NCBI GenBank assembly: GCA_033762915.1
Contig: JANRLD010000007.1
Coordinates: forward strand, 1 to 64,000
Direction of reading: 5' to 3'
Origin: Meiothermus sp.
GTDB taxonomy: Bacteria > Deinococcota > Deinococci > Deinococcales > Thermaceae
Length of the DNA: 64,000 bases
The position numbers and the translations under genes are program-made. The notes under the pieces were generated by a model. The model was not told where the DNA came from. It did no database searches and was given only the letters and a program-made list of their open reading frames with translations. Shown one piece after another: positions 38,706-49,514 of this stretch (the first letter of the stretch is position 1; every line of letters starts with the position of its first letter).

Positions 38706-41252
38706 CTACCGCTTGGTCTTGCGGCTCCGGCGGCCCTTGCCCTTCTTCGGGCTCGATACCGAGGCGTCTTGGCCGGTTGGGGCCGCCTCCGGCGTCCACT
38801 CGCCAAAGTAGATTTTGCGGGCCGAAACCTTCACCGGCTTCTCGAACTTCCGCTTGGGTACTTCGGTCGAGGCCACCCGGCTGCGCCCTTTGGGTCTGCC
38901 TGAGGCTTGGGCCTTGGGGGTCGGTTCGGGCCGGCTCGAGACGTTCTCTTTCTTGCCTGAGCCTTGCCCTCCGCCCGCCTTACCGGTGCCCGCCGGGCCT
39001 CTGCGCCCCGGCCGACCACTCCGCTTTGGCTGCGCCCCGCCGCCCTTGGCCGATTCTCGCTCGCCTTCGCCCTCCTCCTTCCCAGCTCCTTCCTGGCCCT
39101 CGGAGTAAAAACCTTCCGTCACCGCGAAGTCGATCTGCCGGGCTGCGGGATTGGCCCCCGCGATCTCGACCTCGAGCGTGTCCCCGATCCTGATGCGGCG
39201 CTTGGTGCGGACGCCTTCGAGGCTCAGCAGCTCCTCTACATAGTGGTAATGGTCGTCCTCGAGGGCCCCCAGGCGGATCATCCCCTCCACGCCGTTCTCG
39301 AGGGCCACAAACACCCCGAAAGCTGCCACGCCCGAGACGGTCCCAGACCAGACTTCGCCCTTGTGGGCCTCGGCCCACAAACACTGGTAATACTTGGTCA
39401 GCTCACGCTCGGCACCCTCGGCGGCCCGCTCGCGGCTGCTGGTGTGCTCGGCCAGCTTGGGGAAACGCTCGGCCCAGCCCTCCCGCGTGACCGCCGTGAC
39501 CTTGCGCCCCAGCAGCGTCTTTAGTACCCGGTGCACCACCAGGTCGGGGTAGCGCCGGATGGGGCTGGTGAAGTGCAGGTAGTGCTCGGCGGCCAGCCCG
39601 AAGTGGCCCAGGTTTTCCGCGGCGTACCGGGCCAGCCGCAGCGAGCGCAGCAGCAGCGTGGAGATGGCCGGGGCCTCCGGCCGGCCCTCGGCCTGCCTGA
39701 GAATGTTTTGCAGCGCCTTAGGCGACAGTTCGCCGCCCGGCAGGCTGTACCCCATCCGGCCCAGCGCGGTCACCAGTTTGTTGTAGGCCTCTTCGCTGGG
39801 GTCCTCGTGGACCCGAAACAGCGCCGGGATCTCCCGCTCGGAGAGGTGCTTGGCGACGGTGCGGTTGGCCAGCAGCATCAGCTCTTCAATCAGGCTCCGG
39901 GCCTTCGGCTCCCTCTGCGAGATCAGGTGCAGGTTCCCTTCGTCGTCCGGCTGTACCTTGACCTCGGTGAAGTGGAAGTCGAGGGCGCCTTTCTCCAGGC
40001 GCTTGTGCTTGAGCTGGGCGGTTAGCTCGAGCAGCGCGGTCAGGTCTTGGTGAAGCTCAGAGGGAAGGTTGCTGGGGTTGCCCCGGCTTCCCCCCGCCCC
40101 CTTCCCCTCCTTAGCGCTGGCCGCGCTCAGCGAGTCCGCGAACCCCTCGACCTGCTCGTACGTCAGCCTCGCCACGCTCCGGATCACGCCCTGGTGGAAC
40201 TTATAGTCCTTAACCCGGCCTTTGGGCGTCACCTCGGCCACCACCGAAAGCACCAGGCGGTCCTCGTGCGGCACCAGCGAACACATGCCGTTGGAGAGGC
40301 GCTCGGGCAGCATCGGCAGCACCCGGCCTGGCAGATAGACGCTGGTGGCGCGGTCATAGGCGTCGCGGTCGAGGGGGGTGAACTCGCGCACGTAATGCGA
40401 CACATCGGCGATGTGCACGCCCACCTCGAGGTTGCCGCTCTCGAGTTCGCGCACATGAATGGCGTCATCGAAGTCTTTGGCGTCGGAGCCGTCTATGGTG
40501 AAGACCCGCAGCCCCCGGAAGTCGGTGCGCTTCAGAAGGTCCTTGGGTCCGATCACCGCAACCCGCTCGGCCTCCTCGAGGGCCTCCGGGCTGAACTCCT
40601 GCAACAGCTCGTACTTGGCAATTACCGCCTCGGTCTCGACCTCGGGGCCTTCGCCCTCGCCCAGATAGGCCTGCAACTCGCCGTAGGGCTCGGCGGGCTT
40701 GCGGTTTTTGCCCTCGGGGAAGATCACCCTGACCGAGAGGCGGGCTCCGGCCTCGAGGTCTTCGAGCCCCTTGGGCTCGAGCTTGAGCCGGGGGAAGCGC
40801 CCGTCGTCGGGGGCCAGCCAGGCGAAGCCCTGGGAGAAGTAGAGCCGCCCGGTGAGGGCCTTATGGCCACGCTCCACGATCTCGTCCACCACCCCCCAGG
40901 GCTTGCCGTCGCGGCCCGGCGGCTTCTTGACCGCACGCACCAGGTCGCCGTGCCAGGCCCCGTGCAGGTGGCCCTTGGGGATGTAGAGGTCGGGGGTGTC
41001 GGGGTCGGCGGGGAGGACGAAGGCGAAGCCCGCCGGGTGGGCCTGCACCCGCCCCTCCACGCCCTTCTTGCTCAGGCCCTCGGGCAGTTGGTAGAGCTGG
41101 CGGCGCGGCTCGCTGACCCGCCCCTCAGCGACCAGGAGTTCCAGGGCTTCCCTCGCCTCGGACTTCTCGAGGCGGAAATGCCGCGCGATCTCGCGCAGGC
41201 TAAAGGGCTTCTTGGGGTGCTTCTTGAGGTGTTCGTAGATTTGCTCGGTCAT
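38706..41252 (-). CDS. rnr: Ribonuclease R
   Basis: TIDGSDAKDFDDA, HIADVSHYV, SVYLP, HFGLA..YLHFTSPIRRYPDL, S1 domain, basic tail. Confidence 0.95.
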   Translation of the reverse strand: MTEQIYEHLKKHPKKPFSLREIARHFRLEKSEAREALELLVAEGRVSEPRRQLYQLPEGLSKKGVEGRVQAHPAGFAFVLPADPDTPDLYIPKGHLHGAWHGDLVRAVKKPPGRDGKPWGVVDEIVERGHKALTGRLYFSQGFAWLAPDDGRFPRLKLEPKGLEDLEAGARLSVRVIFPEGKNRKPAEPYGELQAYLGEGEGPEVETEAVIAKYELLQEFSPEALEEAERVAVIGPKDLLKRTDFRGLRVFTIDGSDAKDFDDAIHVRELESGNLEVGVHIADVSHYVREFTPLDRDAYDRATSVYLPGRVLPMLPERLSNGMCSLVPHEDRLVLSVVAEVTPKGRVKDYKFHQGVIRSVARLTYEQVEGFADSLSAASAKEGKGAGGSRGNPSNLPSELHQDLTALLELTAQLKHKRLEKGALDFHFTEVKVQPDDEGNLHLISQREPKARSLIEELMLLANRTVAKHLSEREIPALFRVHEDPSEEAYNKLVTALGRMGYSLPGGELSPKALQNILRQAEGRPEAPAISTLLLRSLRLARYAAENLGHFGLAAEHYLHFTSPIRRYPDLVVHRVLKTLLGRKVTAVTREGWAERFPKLAEHTSSRERAAEGAERELTKYYQCLWAEAHKGEVWSGTVSGVAAFGVFVALENGVEGMIRLGALEDDHYHYVEELLSLEGVRTKRRIRIGDTLEVEIAGANPAARQIDFAVTEGFYSEGQEGAGKEEGEGERESAKGGGAQPKRSGRPGRRGPAGTGKAGGGQGSGKKENVSSRPEPTPKAQASGRPKGRSRVASTEVPKRKFEKPVKVSARKIYFGEWTPEAAPTGQDASVSSPKKGKGRRSRKTKR

Positions 41253-41792
41253 GGGTGAGGGGTCAGGGAGCAGGGGGCAGGCAACGATGGTAGACCCGAA
41301 TCCTTCGACCACATTATGCACCCGTCACATCCTGGGGGAATGGGGGCTGGGTTTGGGGCGAGTCCTGGCCTGGGCGGCCCGCCAGGGGTCTGACCCATTG
41401 GCGTCCCTCGCAGGCCGCCCGATCCCCCGGGGCAGGGGCTCTCGAGCGCCCCTGAGGCGCTGCTGCGCAACCAGACAGGAAACAGCTCGCGCGGGAGTGC
41501 CTTTAGTGTTTCTGATGCCATGCCGGGGAGCTGGTGGCCTGGGCGGCACCTGCGGCATGCCTGACTGGCCTGCTGTGCCAATCCCGCCCCTTCCTCTGCA
41601 GCTCTAGAGATTCGGGTCGTGGCGGGACTCATCTTGAGCTCCCGTAGCGCCCAAACCGCCGCCTTTGTGGCGTCTGTGCCCATCGGCCCGACCCTGCCCA
41701 CCCTAGCGAGGCGTGCGGGCGACCCCGGACAGGGCGCTGGGTGGTAATGGCCTGGTAACGACCTCCGCGTAGGTTTCTATCCGGAGGCTTTT

Positions 41793-44288
41793 ATGGCTGC
41801 GCATGTCGATTCTGTAGGGCCAAAAACTAGCCCAGCACGCACAAAGACCAAGGCCCCGGCCGTCCTGCCCAAGATGCGCTGGGTGCGCTGGTTTAAGGAA
41901 GTTGGAATTGACGAAGTGCCGTTGGTGGGGGGTAAGAACGCCTCGCTGGGTGAGATGGTGCGCGAGTTGGGCAAGCTGGGGGTGCGGGTGCCCGACGGCT
42001 TCGCGGTTACGGCCGAGGCCTACCACCACTTTCTCCATGCCAACGGCCTCAACGCCCCCATCCGCGAGCAGCTGCGCGAGCTAAACCCCCACGACCCCGA
42101 CGACCTGGCCAAGCGCACCCGGCTGATCCGCAGCCTGATTTTGCGGGCCTCGCTGCCCGAAGACCTCGAGGCCGAGATTCTCGCCGCCTACCGCCAGCTC
42201 TCCCGCGAGGCCAAGACCGAAGACCTAATGGTGGCGGTGCGCTCCAGCGCCACCGCCGAAGACCTCCCCACCGCCAGCTTCGCCGGGCAGCACGAGAGCT
42301 ACCTGGGGGTGCAGGGCGAGTTAGAGGTGATGGAGGCGGTCAGGAAGTGCTTTGCAAGCCTCTATACCGCCCGCGCCACCCGCTACCGGGTGGACATGGA
42401 CTTCCCCCATGAGAAGGTGCTGCTCTCGGTCGGGGTCCAGCGGCTGGTAAGGAGCGACCTCTCCTCCTCGGGGGTGATCTTCACCTTGGATACCGAGAGC
42501 GGTTTTGACGGGGTGGTGATGCTCGAGGGGGTCTGGGGCCTGGGCGAAAACATTGTGCAGGGCAAGTCGACCCCGGACCGCTTCTACATCCACAAGGAGA
42601 CACTGGCCAAAGGCTTCAAGCCGCTGCTGTGGAGGAAGCTGGGGGCCAAGGAGCTCCGCCTGGTCTACGATACCGAGCACCACAAGCTCCGCAACATCCC
42701 CACCACCCCCGGCGAGCGCAAGCGGTGGGTGCTCTCCGAGGAAGACGTGCTGCTGTTGGCCAAGTGGGCTGTCCTAATCGAGCAGCACTACAGCCGTAAG
42801 CGTGGCGTCCCCACTCCGATGGACATCGAGTGGGCCAAGGACGGGATCACCGGCGAGATGTTCATCGTGCAGGCCCGCCCCGAAACCGTCCACAGCCGCA
42901 AGAGCCCCACCATCAAGACCTACACCCTGCAACAGCAGGGCAAGGTGCTGGTCGAGGGGCTGGCGGTGGGCGAGAAGATCGCCACCGGACAGGCCAAGGT
43001 CATCCGCGACCCTAAGGCCATGAACCAGATTAAGCCCGGTGACATTCTGGCCACTGTCACCACCAACCCCGACTGGGAACCCATCATGAAGATCGCCAGC
43101 GCCATCGTGACCGAGCGCGGCGGACGCACCTCCCACGCGGCGATCGTGGCCCGTGAGCTGGGCATCCCGGCGGTGGTGGGCGCGGCGGGTGCGACCAAGG
43201 CCCTGGCCGGGGTCGGCCAGGTCACCGTCTCCTGCGCCCAGGGCGAGGTGGGGCGGGTTTACGAGGGCGCCCTGAAATTCGCCGTGGACGAATTCGACCC
43301 CTACCAGGTTGGCCCCACCCGCACCCAGATCATGATGAACGTGGGCAACCCCGAGCAGGCCTTTCACACGGCCCTCCTCCCCAACGACGGGGTGGGGCTG
43401 GCCCGGATGGAGTTCATCTTCGCCGATTGGGTAGGGGTTCACCCACTGGCCCTGCTGCACCCCGACAAGCTGCGCCCGGAGGTACGGCGCGGGATCGAGG
43501 CCAAAACCCAAGGCTACAAGAGCGGGCGTGAGTTCTTCATCGATCGGCTGAGCCAAGGCATCGCGGTGCTGGCGGCGGCCTTCTACCCCAAGCCCGTTAT
43601 CCTGCGGATGAGCGACTTCAAGACCAACGAGTACGTCAAGCTGCTGGGCGGCGAGCCCTTCGAGCCCTTCGAGGAGAACCCCATGATCGGCTGGCGCGGG
43701 GCCAGCCGCTACTACCACCCCGACTACAAAGAAGGTTTCATGCTCGAGGTCGAGGCGGTGCGGCGCGTGCGCGACCAGATGGGCCTGACCAACCTGGTGG
43801 TGATGATCCCCTTCTGCCGCACGGTGGAGGAGGGCAAGCAGGTGCTGGCCACCATGAAGGAAGGCGGCCTCGAGCGGGGCAAGAACGGTCTGGAAGTCTA
43901 CGTGATGGCCGAGGTTCCCTCCAACGTGATTCTGGCCGAGGAGTTCAGCCAGGTCTTCGACGGATTCTCGATTGGCTCCAACGACCTGACCCAGCTGGTG
44001 TTGGGCGTCGACCGCGACTCCACCCAGGTCGCCGCCCTCTTCGACGAGCGCAACGGCGCCGTCAAGTGGGCCTGCGCCGAGCTGATCGCCAAGGCCCACA
44101 AGCACGGCAGGAAAGTGGGAATCTGCGGCCAGGCCCCGTCCGACTACCCCGAGTTCGCGGCCTTCCTGGTGGACGTGGGCATCGACTCGATCAGCCTGAA
44201 CCCCGACTCGGTGGTGCGGACCAAGCAGCGAATCCTGGAAGCTGAGGGCCGCAGACAGCCGGCGGGAGGCAGGAGGCAGAAGCGATGA
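41793..44288 (+). CDS. ppsA: Phosphoenolpyruvate synthase
   Basis: VGGKNASLGEM, VRSSATAED..SFAGQ, DIEWAKDG, GGRTSHAAI, SIGSNDL, ICGQAPSD. Confidence 0.95.
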   Translation: MAAHVDSVGPKTSPARTKTKAPAVLPKMRWVRWFKEVGIDEVPLVGGKNASLGEMVRELGKLGVRVPDGFAVTAEAYHHFLHANGLNAPIREQLRELNPHDPDDLAKRTRLIRSLILRASLPEDLEAEILAAYRQLSREAKTEDLMVAVRSSATAEDLPTASFAGQHESYLGVQGELEVMEAVRKCFASLYTARATRYRVDMDFPHEKVLLSVGVQRLVRSDLSSSGVIFTLDTESGFDGVVMLEGVWGLGENIVQGKSTPDRFYIHKETLAKGFKPLLWRKLGAKELRLVYDTEHHKLRNIPTTPGERKRWVLSEEDVLLLAKWAVLIEQHYSRKRGVPTPMDIEWAKDGITGEMFIVQARPETVHSRKSPTIKTYTLQQQGKVLVEGLAVGEKIATGQAKVIRDPKAMNQIKPGDILATVTTNPDWEPIMKIASAIVTERGGRTSHAAIVARELGIPAVVGAAGATKALAGVGQVTVSCAQGEVGRVYEGALKFAVDEFDPYQVGPTRTQIMMNVGNPEQAFHTALLPNDGVGLARMEFIFADWVGVHPLALLHPDKLRPEVRRGIEAKTQGYKSGREFFIDRLSQGIAVLAAAFYPKPVILRMSDFKTNEYVKLLGGEPFEPFEENPMIGWRGASRYYHPDYKEGFMLEVEAVRRVRDQMGLTNLVVMIPFCRTVEEGKQVLATMKEGGLERGKNGLEVYVMAEVPSNVILAEEFSQVFDGFSIGSNDLTQLVLGVDRDSTQVAALFDERNGAVKWACAELIAKAHKHGRKVGICGQAPSDYPEFAAFLVDVGIDSISLNPDSVVRTKQRILEAEGRRQPAGGRRQKR

Positions 44289-44510
44289 TCCACAGGCCAA
44301 AGCGGGCAAGGGGTGAAGCGGGCAGACTGCCGGGGCTGACCTCCGGAGTGTGTATTGCCCCCCGGCCTGACTGCAGTCCAGGCCGGGATTGCGCCCAGCC
44401 GGCGTGCGAGCCGGCGGCAGTTTGTGCATCCTACGTGGGCGCACCTTAGCCAAGGCCAAGGTCGCAGTTGACCCTCAACCCGTCCTAGTCCTTTACCCAA
44501 GGAGGTCCCC

Positions 44511-45644
44511 GTGGAACAAGGCCGGTTCGCACTCGAGCCCCAGGCCCTCGAGCAACTGCTCCATGCCCTGGAGCGGCGCGGCTACACCACCCTCGGGCCG
44601 CAGGTTCGTGATGGGGCGATTGTGTACGACCGGCTCGAGCGGCCCCAGGACTTGCCCGTCGGCTGGGTGGACTGGCAGGAGGGCGGAACCTATAAGCTGT
44701 ACCGCCGCTCCGATCAGGCCTTTTTCGGCTACACGGTGGGGCCGGATAGCTGGAAGAAGTTCCTGCACCCGCCCGTGCTGCGGCTGTTCAGCACGGAGCG
44801 GGCGGACGGGGGCTTTAACGTCCAGGCGGAACTCGAGGCCGTGCCCCGGTACGCCTTCATCGGGGTGCGGGCCTGCGAGTTAAGGGCCATCGCCATTCAG
44901 GACAAGGTGTTTCTTGGCGGCCCCTACCAAGACCCTCACTACAAGGCCCGGCGCGAGCAGGCCTTCATCGTGGCCGTGAACTGTGGTCACGCGGGCAACA
45001 CCTGTTTCTGCGCCTCGGTGGGCAGCGGCCCCAAGGCCACGGCGGGCTTTGACCTGGCGCTGACGGAGCTGATCGAGGAGGGTCGGCACTACTTCGTGGG
45101 CGAGGTGGGGAGCGGGCTGGGGGCCGAAGTCCTGGGCGAAATCACCCACCGACCCGCCACGCCTTACGAACAGAGCCGGGCAGACGCCGTCGTGACCGCG
45201 ACCGCCCAGCACATGGGCCGGAGCCTCGAGACCGGGGGGGTTAAGGAACTGCTCTATCAAAACCTCGAGCATCCCCGTTGGGAGGCCGTGGCCGAACGCT
45301 GCCTGAGCTGCGGCAACTGCACCCAGGTCTGCCCGACCTGCTTCTGCACCGCCGTAGAGGACCACACCGACCTCGCGGGCCAGAAGGCCGAACGAACCCG
45401 CCGCTGGGACTCCTGCTTCACTGCCGACTTTTCCTATCTGCACGGGGGCAGCGTGCGGGTCTCCACCCGGGCCCGCTACCGACAGTGGCTGACCCACAAG
45501 CTGGCCACCTGGCAGGACCAGTTCGGCTCGCTGGGCTGCGTGGGCTGTGGGCGCTGCATCACCTGGTGCCCGGTGGGAATTGACCTCACCCAGGAGGTCG
45601 GCGCGATCGGAGGAGGCTATGTCCAGACTGAACCCGGAGCATGA
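44511..45644 (+). CDS. Group 3b [NiFe]-hydrogenase (sulfhydrogenase) beta Fe-S subunit
   Basis: [39 protein letters not shown]. Confidence 0.88.
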   Translation: MEQGRFALEPQALEQLLHALERRGYTTLGPQVRDGAIVYDRLERPQDLPVGWVDWQEGGTYKLYRRSDQAFFGYTVGPDSWKKFLHPPVLRLFSTERADGGFNVQAELEAVPRYAFIGVRACELRAIAIQDKVFLGGPYQDPHYKARREQAFIVAVNCGHAGNTCFCASVGSGPKATAGFDLALTELIEEGRHYFVGEVGSGLGAEVLGEITHRPATPYEQSRADAVVTATAQHMGRSLETGGVKELLYQNLEHPRWEAVAERCLSCGNCTQVCPTCFCTAVEDHTDLAGQKAERTRRWDSCFTADFSYLHGGSVRVSTRARYRQWLTHKLATWQDQFGSLGCVGCGRCITWCPVGIDLTQEVGAIGGGYVQTEPGA

Positions 45645-46092
45645 ACGCTACCTTGCCGAGCACCCCTTTTTCGCGGGCCTGAACACCAAGGACATCGCCT
45701 GGCTGGCCGATCTGGCCCGGCCCCTCGAGCTTGCTGCCGGGGAGTATCTCTATCACGAGGGTGACCCGTCCAGTGAGTTCTATGTGATGCGGGAAGGGCT
45801 GATCCGGCTCGAGGCCCATACCCCGGGGCGCGGGTTCCTGATCATCCAGACCCTGGAGGCGGGCGAGGTACTGGGCTGGTCTTGGATGATGCCCGAGGTG
45901 CGCAAGACCTTCGACGCCCGGGTGCTCAAGGCGGCCCACCTGCTGGCCTTCGAGGCCGAGGCCGTGCGGCGCCGCTGCGAGCAGGATCACCACCTGGGGT
46001 ACGAGCTGTGCAAGCGCTTCTCGAGGGTGATCGGCGACCGGCTGCAGGCCACCCGGTTCCGCCTACTGGACTTGTATGGTCAGCCCCATTAG
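45619..46092 (+). CDS. Stand-alone cyclic nucleotide-binding domain protein
   Basis: [22 protein letters not shown]; no HTH. Confidence 0.82.
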   Translation: MSRLNPEHERYLAEHPFFAGLNTKDIAWLADLARPLELAAGEYLYHEGDPSSEFYVMREGLIRLEAHTPGRGFLIIQTLEAGEVLGWSWMMPEVRKTFDARVLKAAHLLAFEAEAVRRRCEQDHHLGYELCKRFSRVIGDRLQATRFRLLDLYGQPH

Positions 46093-46942
46093 CTCCCCTC
46101 CGCGGACCGACCCCATGCTGCCCCGGCCCTTTCGGGTGGCGCGGGTTCGGCGCGAGACCGCCGACGTGGCGACGCTGGAGCTCGAGGCCCTGGACGGCCT
46201 CCCCCTGAACTTCGCCCCCGGCCAGTTCACCATGCTCTACGCCTTCGGAGTCGGCGAGGCGCCGGTCTCGATCAGCGGTGATGCCGAAAAGCCCGAACGC
46301 CTGGTGCACACCATCCGCTCGGTGGGCCGGGTGACGCAAGCCCTGTGCGGGCTGCGAAAGGGCGAAACCGTGGGGGTTCGCGGGCCGTTCGGGAGCGGCT
46401 GGCCGCTTGAGCGGGCCAGGGGCGGCGACGTGGTGATGGTGGCGGGCGGGATCGGGCTACCCCCGCTGCGCCCGGTGATTTACCACCTCCTGCACCACCG
46501 CAAGGAGTATGGGCGGGTCTATCTGCTCTACGGCGCACGAACCCCTGACGACCTGCTCTTCCCCGAGGAACTCAAGCGCTGGCAGCACACCCTTTCGTTG
46601 GCTCCGGGCTCGAGTCCGGTTCTGGTGACGGTTGACCGTGCCCCCGAGAGTTGGGACGGGGCGGTGGGGGTGGTGACCGGCCTGATTCCGGGGCTGCGCC
46701 TGGACCCCGCCCATACCACCGCGATGATGGTCGGCCCCGAGGTGATGATGCGCTTCACCGTGACCGGGCTGCTCGAGCGGGGGCTGAAGGCCCCAGACCT
46801 CTACCTCTCGATGGAGCGCAATATGAAGTGCGCGGTGGGGTTCTGTGGCCACTGCCAGCTGGGGCCGCACTTCGTCTGCAAGGACGGGCCGGTGTTCGCG
46901 CTGCCCCAGTTGAACGGCTGGCTGGGGCGTAAGGAGGTCTGA
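46076..46942 (+). CDS. Group 3b hydrogenase gamma subunit (FAD/NAD(P)-binding, 2Fe-2S)
   Basis: [43 protein letters not shown]. Confidence 0.9.
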   Translation: MVSPISSPPRTDPMLPRPFRVARVRRETADVATLELEALDGLPLNFAPGQFTMLYAFGVGEAPVSISGDAEKPERLVHTIRSVGRVTQALCGLRKGETVGVRGPFGSGWPLERARGGDVVMVAGGIGLPPLRPVIYHLLHHRKEYGRVYLLYGARTPDDLLFPEELKRWQHTLSLAPGSSPVLVTVDRAPESWDGAVGVVTGLIPGLRLDPAHTTAMMVGPEVMMRFTVTGLLERGLKAPDLYLSMERNMKCAVGFCGHCQLGPHFVCKDGPVFALPQLNGWLGRKEV

Positions 46943-46943
46943 G

Positions 46944-47726
46944 GTGCGGCTGAAGACCCAAAAACCCAGGCTCGCGGTCTGGAAATTCGCCTCCTGCGAC
47001 GGCTGCCAGCTCTCTATCCTTGACTGCGAAGACGAACTGCTGGAACTGGCCGGGGTGGTGGAGATCGCCAACTTCCTCGAGGCCTCCTCGGCCGTCTCGC
47101 CCGGCCCCTACGACCTCTCGCTGGTCGAGGGCTCCATCACCACCCCGCACGATGCCAAGCGCATCCAGGCGGTCCGCCGGAACTCGAAATTCCTGGTGAC
47201 CCTCGGAGCCTGCGCGACCTCGGGCGGCATCCAGGCGCTAAGGAATTTCGCCGATGTGGGGGAGTTTGCCCGGGTCGTCTACGCCCACCCCGAGTACATC
47301 CACGCCCTGACCCGGTCCAGCCCCATTTCCGAGCATGTCCGGGTGGACTTCGAGCTGCGCGGATGCCCGGTCAGCAAGGCCCAGTTGCTCGAGGTGGTCT
47401 CGGCCTACCTGAACGGGCGCAAGCCCAACATCCCCGGCCACAGCGTTTGCCTCGAGTGCAAGGCCCGGGGCACCCCCTGCGTGATGGTGGCGGGCGGCAT
47501 TCCCTGCCTAGGGCCAGTGACGCAGGCCGGGTGCGGCGCCATCTGCCCGGCCTACCAGCGGGGCTGCTACGCCTGTTTCGGGCCGCAAGAGAGCCCCAAC
47601 CCGCCGTCCTTGAGCCGCTGGTGGACCCGGCTGGGGGTAGACGAGGCCGCGCAGCAACGGGCCTTCCGCAGCTTCAACGCCGGGGCCGAGAGCTTTAGCA
47701 AGGAGGCGGCGCGTCATGGGCAATAA
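46944..47726 (+). CDS. Group 3b hydrogenase small (delta) subunit
   Basis: [43 protein letters not shown]. Confidence 0.9.
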   Translation: MRLKTQKPRLAVWKFASCDGCQLSILDCEDELLELAGVVEIANFLEASSAVSPGPYDLSLVEGSITTPHDAKRIQAVRRNSKFLVTLGACATSGGIQALRNFADVGEFARVVYAHPEYIHALTRSSPISEHVRVDFELRGCPVSKAQLLEVVSAYLNGRKPNIPGHSVCLECKARGTPCVMVAGGIPCLGPVTQAGCGAICPAYQRGCYACFGPQESPNPPSLSRWWTRLGVDEAAQQRAFRSFNAGAESFSKEAARHGQ

Positions 47727-49002
47727 GACCATCCGAGTACGCAACCTGTCCCGCGTTGAGGGCGAGGGGGCCCTGTACGTGCGCGTCCGAGGCGGGAGGC
47801 TCGAGGAAGTAGAGCTCAACATCTTCGAGCCCCCGCGCTTTTTCGAGGCCTTTCTGCGAGGGCGCAGCTTCGCCGAAGTCCCCGACCTCACCGCCCGAAT
47901 CTGCGGCATCTGCCCGGTGGCCTACCAGATGAGTTCGTGCCAGGCCCTGGAAGCCGCCCTGGGCCTCGAGGTGGTCGGCCCGTTGCGGGAGTTGAGGCGG
48001 CTGCTCTACTGCGGCGAGTGGATCGAGAGCCACGCACTGCACATCTATTTCCTGCACGCCCCAGACTTCCTGGGCTACCCCGACGCGGTGCGGCTGGCCC
48101 AGGATCAGCCCGAACTGGTCCGGCAAGCCCTGCGGCTCAAGAAGACCGGCAACCAGCTCATGACCCTGCTGGGCGGGCGGGAGATTCATCCGGTCAACGT
48201 GAAGGTGGGCGGCTTTTACCGCGTCCCGCGCAAGGCCGAGCTGCTGGCGATGCGGGAGAGGCTCGAGCAGGCCCGCGAAATCGCCTACCAGACGGTTCGC
48301 TTCACCGGCCAGCTGGACTTCCCCGACTTCGAGCCCGACTACACCTTCGTCTCACTGCGGCAGGAGGGCGAGTACCCCATTCTGCAGGGCCGCGTGGTCT
48401 CGAGCCGGGGTCTGGACATCGCGGTGCCGGAGTTTGAGCGCCACTTCCACGAGGAGCACGTCGCCCATTCCAACGCGCTGCACTGCACCCTCGAGGGACA
48501 ACCCTATCTGGTGGGGCCGCTGGCCCGCTACAGCCTGAACTCACAGCGGCTGCCGGCTTCGGTCCAGGCGGCGGCAAGGGAGGCCGGGCTGAAGCCGGTC
48601 TGCCGCAACCCCTTCCAAAGCATCGTGGTGCGGGCGGTCGAGACCTTGTACGCCTGTGAGGAGGCGCTGCGCATCATCGGAGAGTACGAGGAGCCCGACG
48701 CCCCCAGCCTGAAGGCGGAGCCGAAGGCCGGCGTGGGGTGGGGCGCGAGCGAGGCCCCCCGTGGAATTCTGTATCACCGCTACCGGGTGGATGAGCAGGG
48801 GTTGGTCCGGGAGGCCCAGATCGTCCCCCCAACCTCGCAGAACCAGAAGATGATCGAGGCCGACCTGCGGCGGATGGTGGCGGCCAACCTCGAGCTGCCC
48901 GAGCCCGAGCTGACCTTGCGCTGCGAACAGACCATCCGCAATTACGACCCCTGTATCTCCTGCGCCACCCACTTTCTGCGGCTGGAGATCGAACATGTCT
49001 GA
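47716..49002 (+). CDS. Group 3b [NiFe]-hydrogenase large (alpha) subunit
   Basis: RVEGEG, L1 RICGIC, EAPRG, L2 DPCISCATH plus a short C-terminal extension. Confidence 0.93.
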   Translation: MGNKTIRVRNLSRVEGEGALYVRVRGGRLEEVELNIFEPPRFFEAFLRGRSFAEVPDLTARICGICPVAYQMSSCQALEAALGLEVVGPLRELRRLLYCGEWIESHALHIYFLHAPDFLGYPDAVRLAQDQPELVRQALRLKKTGNQLMTLLGGREIHPVNVKVGGFYRVPRKAELLAMRERLEQAREIAYQTVRFTGQLDFPDFEPDYTFVSLRQEGEYPILQGRVVSSRGLDIAVPEFERHFHEEHVAHSNALHCTLEGQPYLVGPLARYSLNSQRLPASVQAAAREAGLKPVCRNPFQSIVVRAVETLYACEEALRIIGEYEEPDAPSLKAEPKAGVGWGASEAPRGILYHRYRVDEQGLVREAQIVPPTSQNQKMIEADLRRMVAANLELPEPELTLRCEQTIRNYDPCISCATHFLRLEIEHV

Positions 49003-49489
49003 GGTCTTGGCGGGCGGGTATGGCCCGCCCTACGTTATTGCGGTAGGCAACCCGTACCGGCAGGACGACGGGGTGGGGCCGTGGGTGGCCCGGCGGCTGC
49101 GGGAGGTGGGCCTCGAGGTGCACGAGGTCGGCGACGACCTGACCTGCCTTTCGGAGGCCTGGTCGGGCGTAGACCGTGCGGTCCTGATCGAGGCGGTCTC
49201 TTCCGGCGTGGGGCCCGGAACCCTCCACGTCTTCGAGGTCGGCGACGGGCCTCTGCCTGCGGTCTTCTCGCGCTTTTCGAGCCACACCGTCGGTTTGGCG
49301 GAGGCCGTCGAGCTGTCTCGAGTCCTGGGAACGCTGCCCAACTCGGTGCTGATCTACGGCATCGAGGGCCGGTGCTTTGGCATGGGCGCGGGGCTGAGCC
49401 CCGAGGTCGAGAAGGCCGCCGGGGCAGTCGTGGCCAGGGTCCTGAGCGACTTCGCCCTTTTTGCGGCAAGACCCACGGGTTCGGGCTAG
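48995..49489 (+). CDS. Hydrogenase maturation protease
   Basis: [25 protein letters not shown]. Confidence 0.85.
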   Translation: MSEVLAGGYGPPYVIAVGNPYRQDDGVGPWVARRLREVGLEVHEVGDDLTCLSEAWSGVDRAVLIEAVSSGVGPGTLHVFEVGDGPLPAVFSRFSSHTVGLAEAVELSRVLGTLPNSVLIYGIEGRCFGMGAGLSPEVEKAAGAVVARVLSDFALFAARPTGSG

Positions 49490-49514
49490 ACCCCGAGCCT
49501 TGAGGGGGTGGACG

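Noticed and set aside
42774..44459. Long antisense ORFs (e.g. 42774-44459, 9186-10448, 18937-20445, 25276-26445, 40047-41258, 57553-58812)
   Set aside because: Expected shadows of high-GC codon usage opposite well-supported genes; no recognisable motifs
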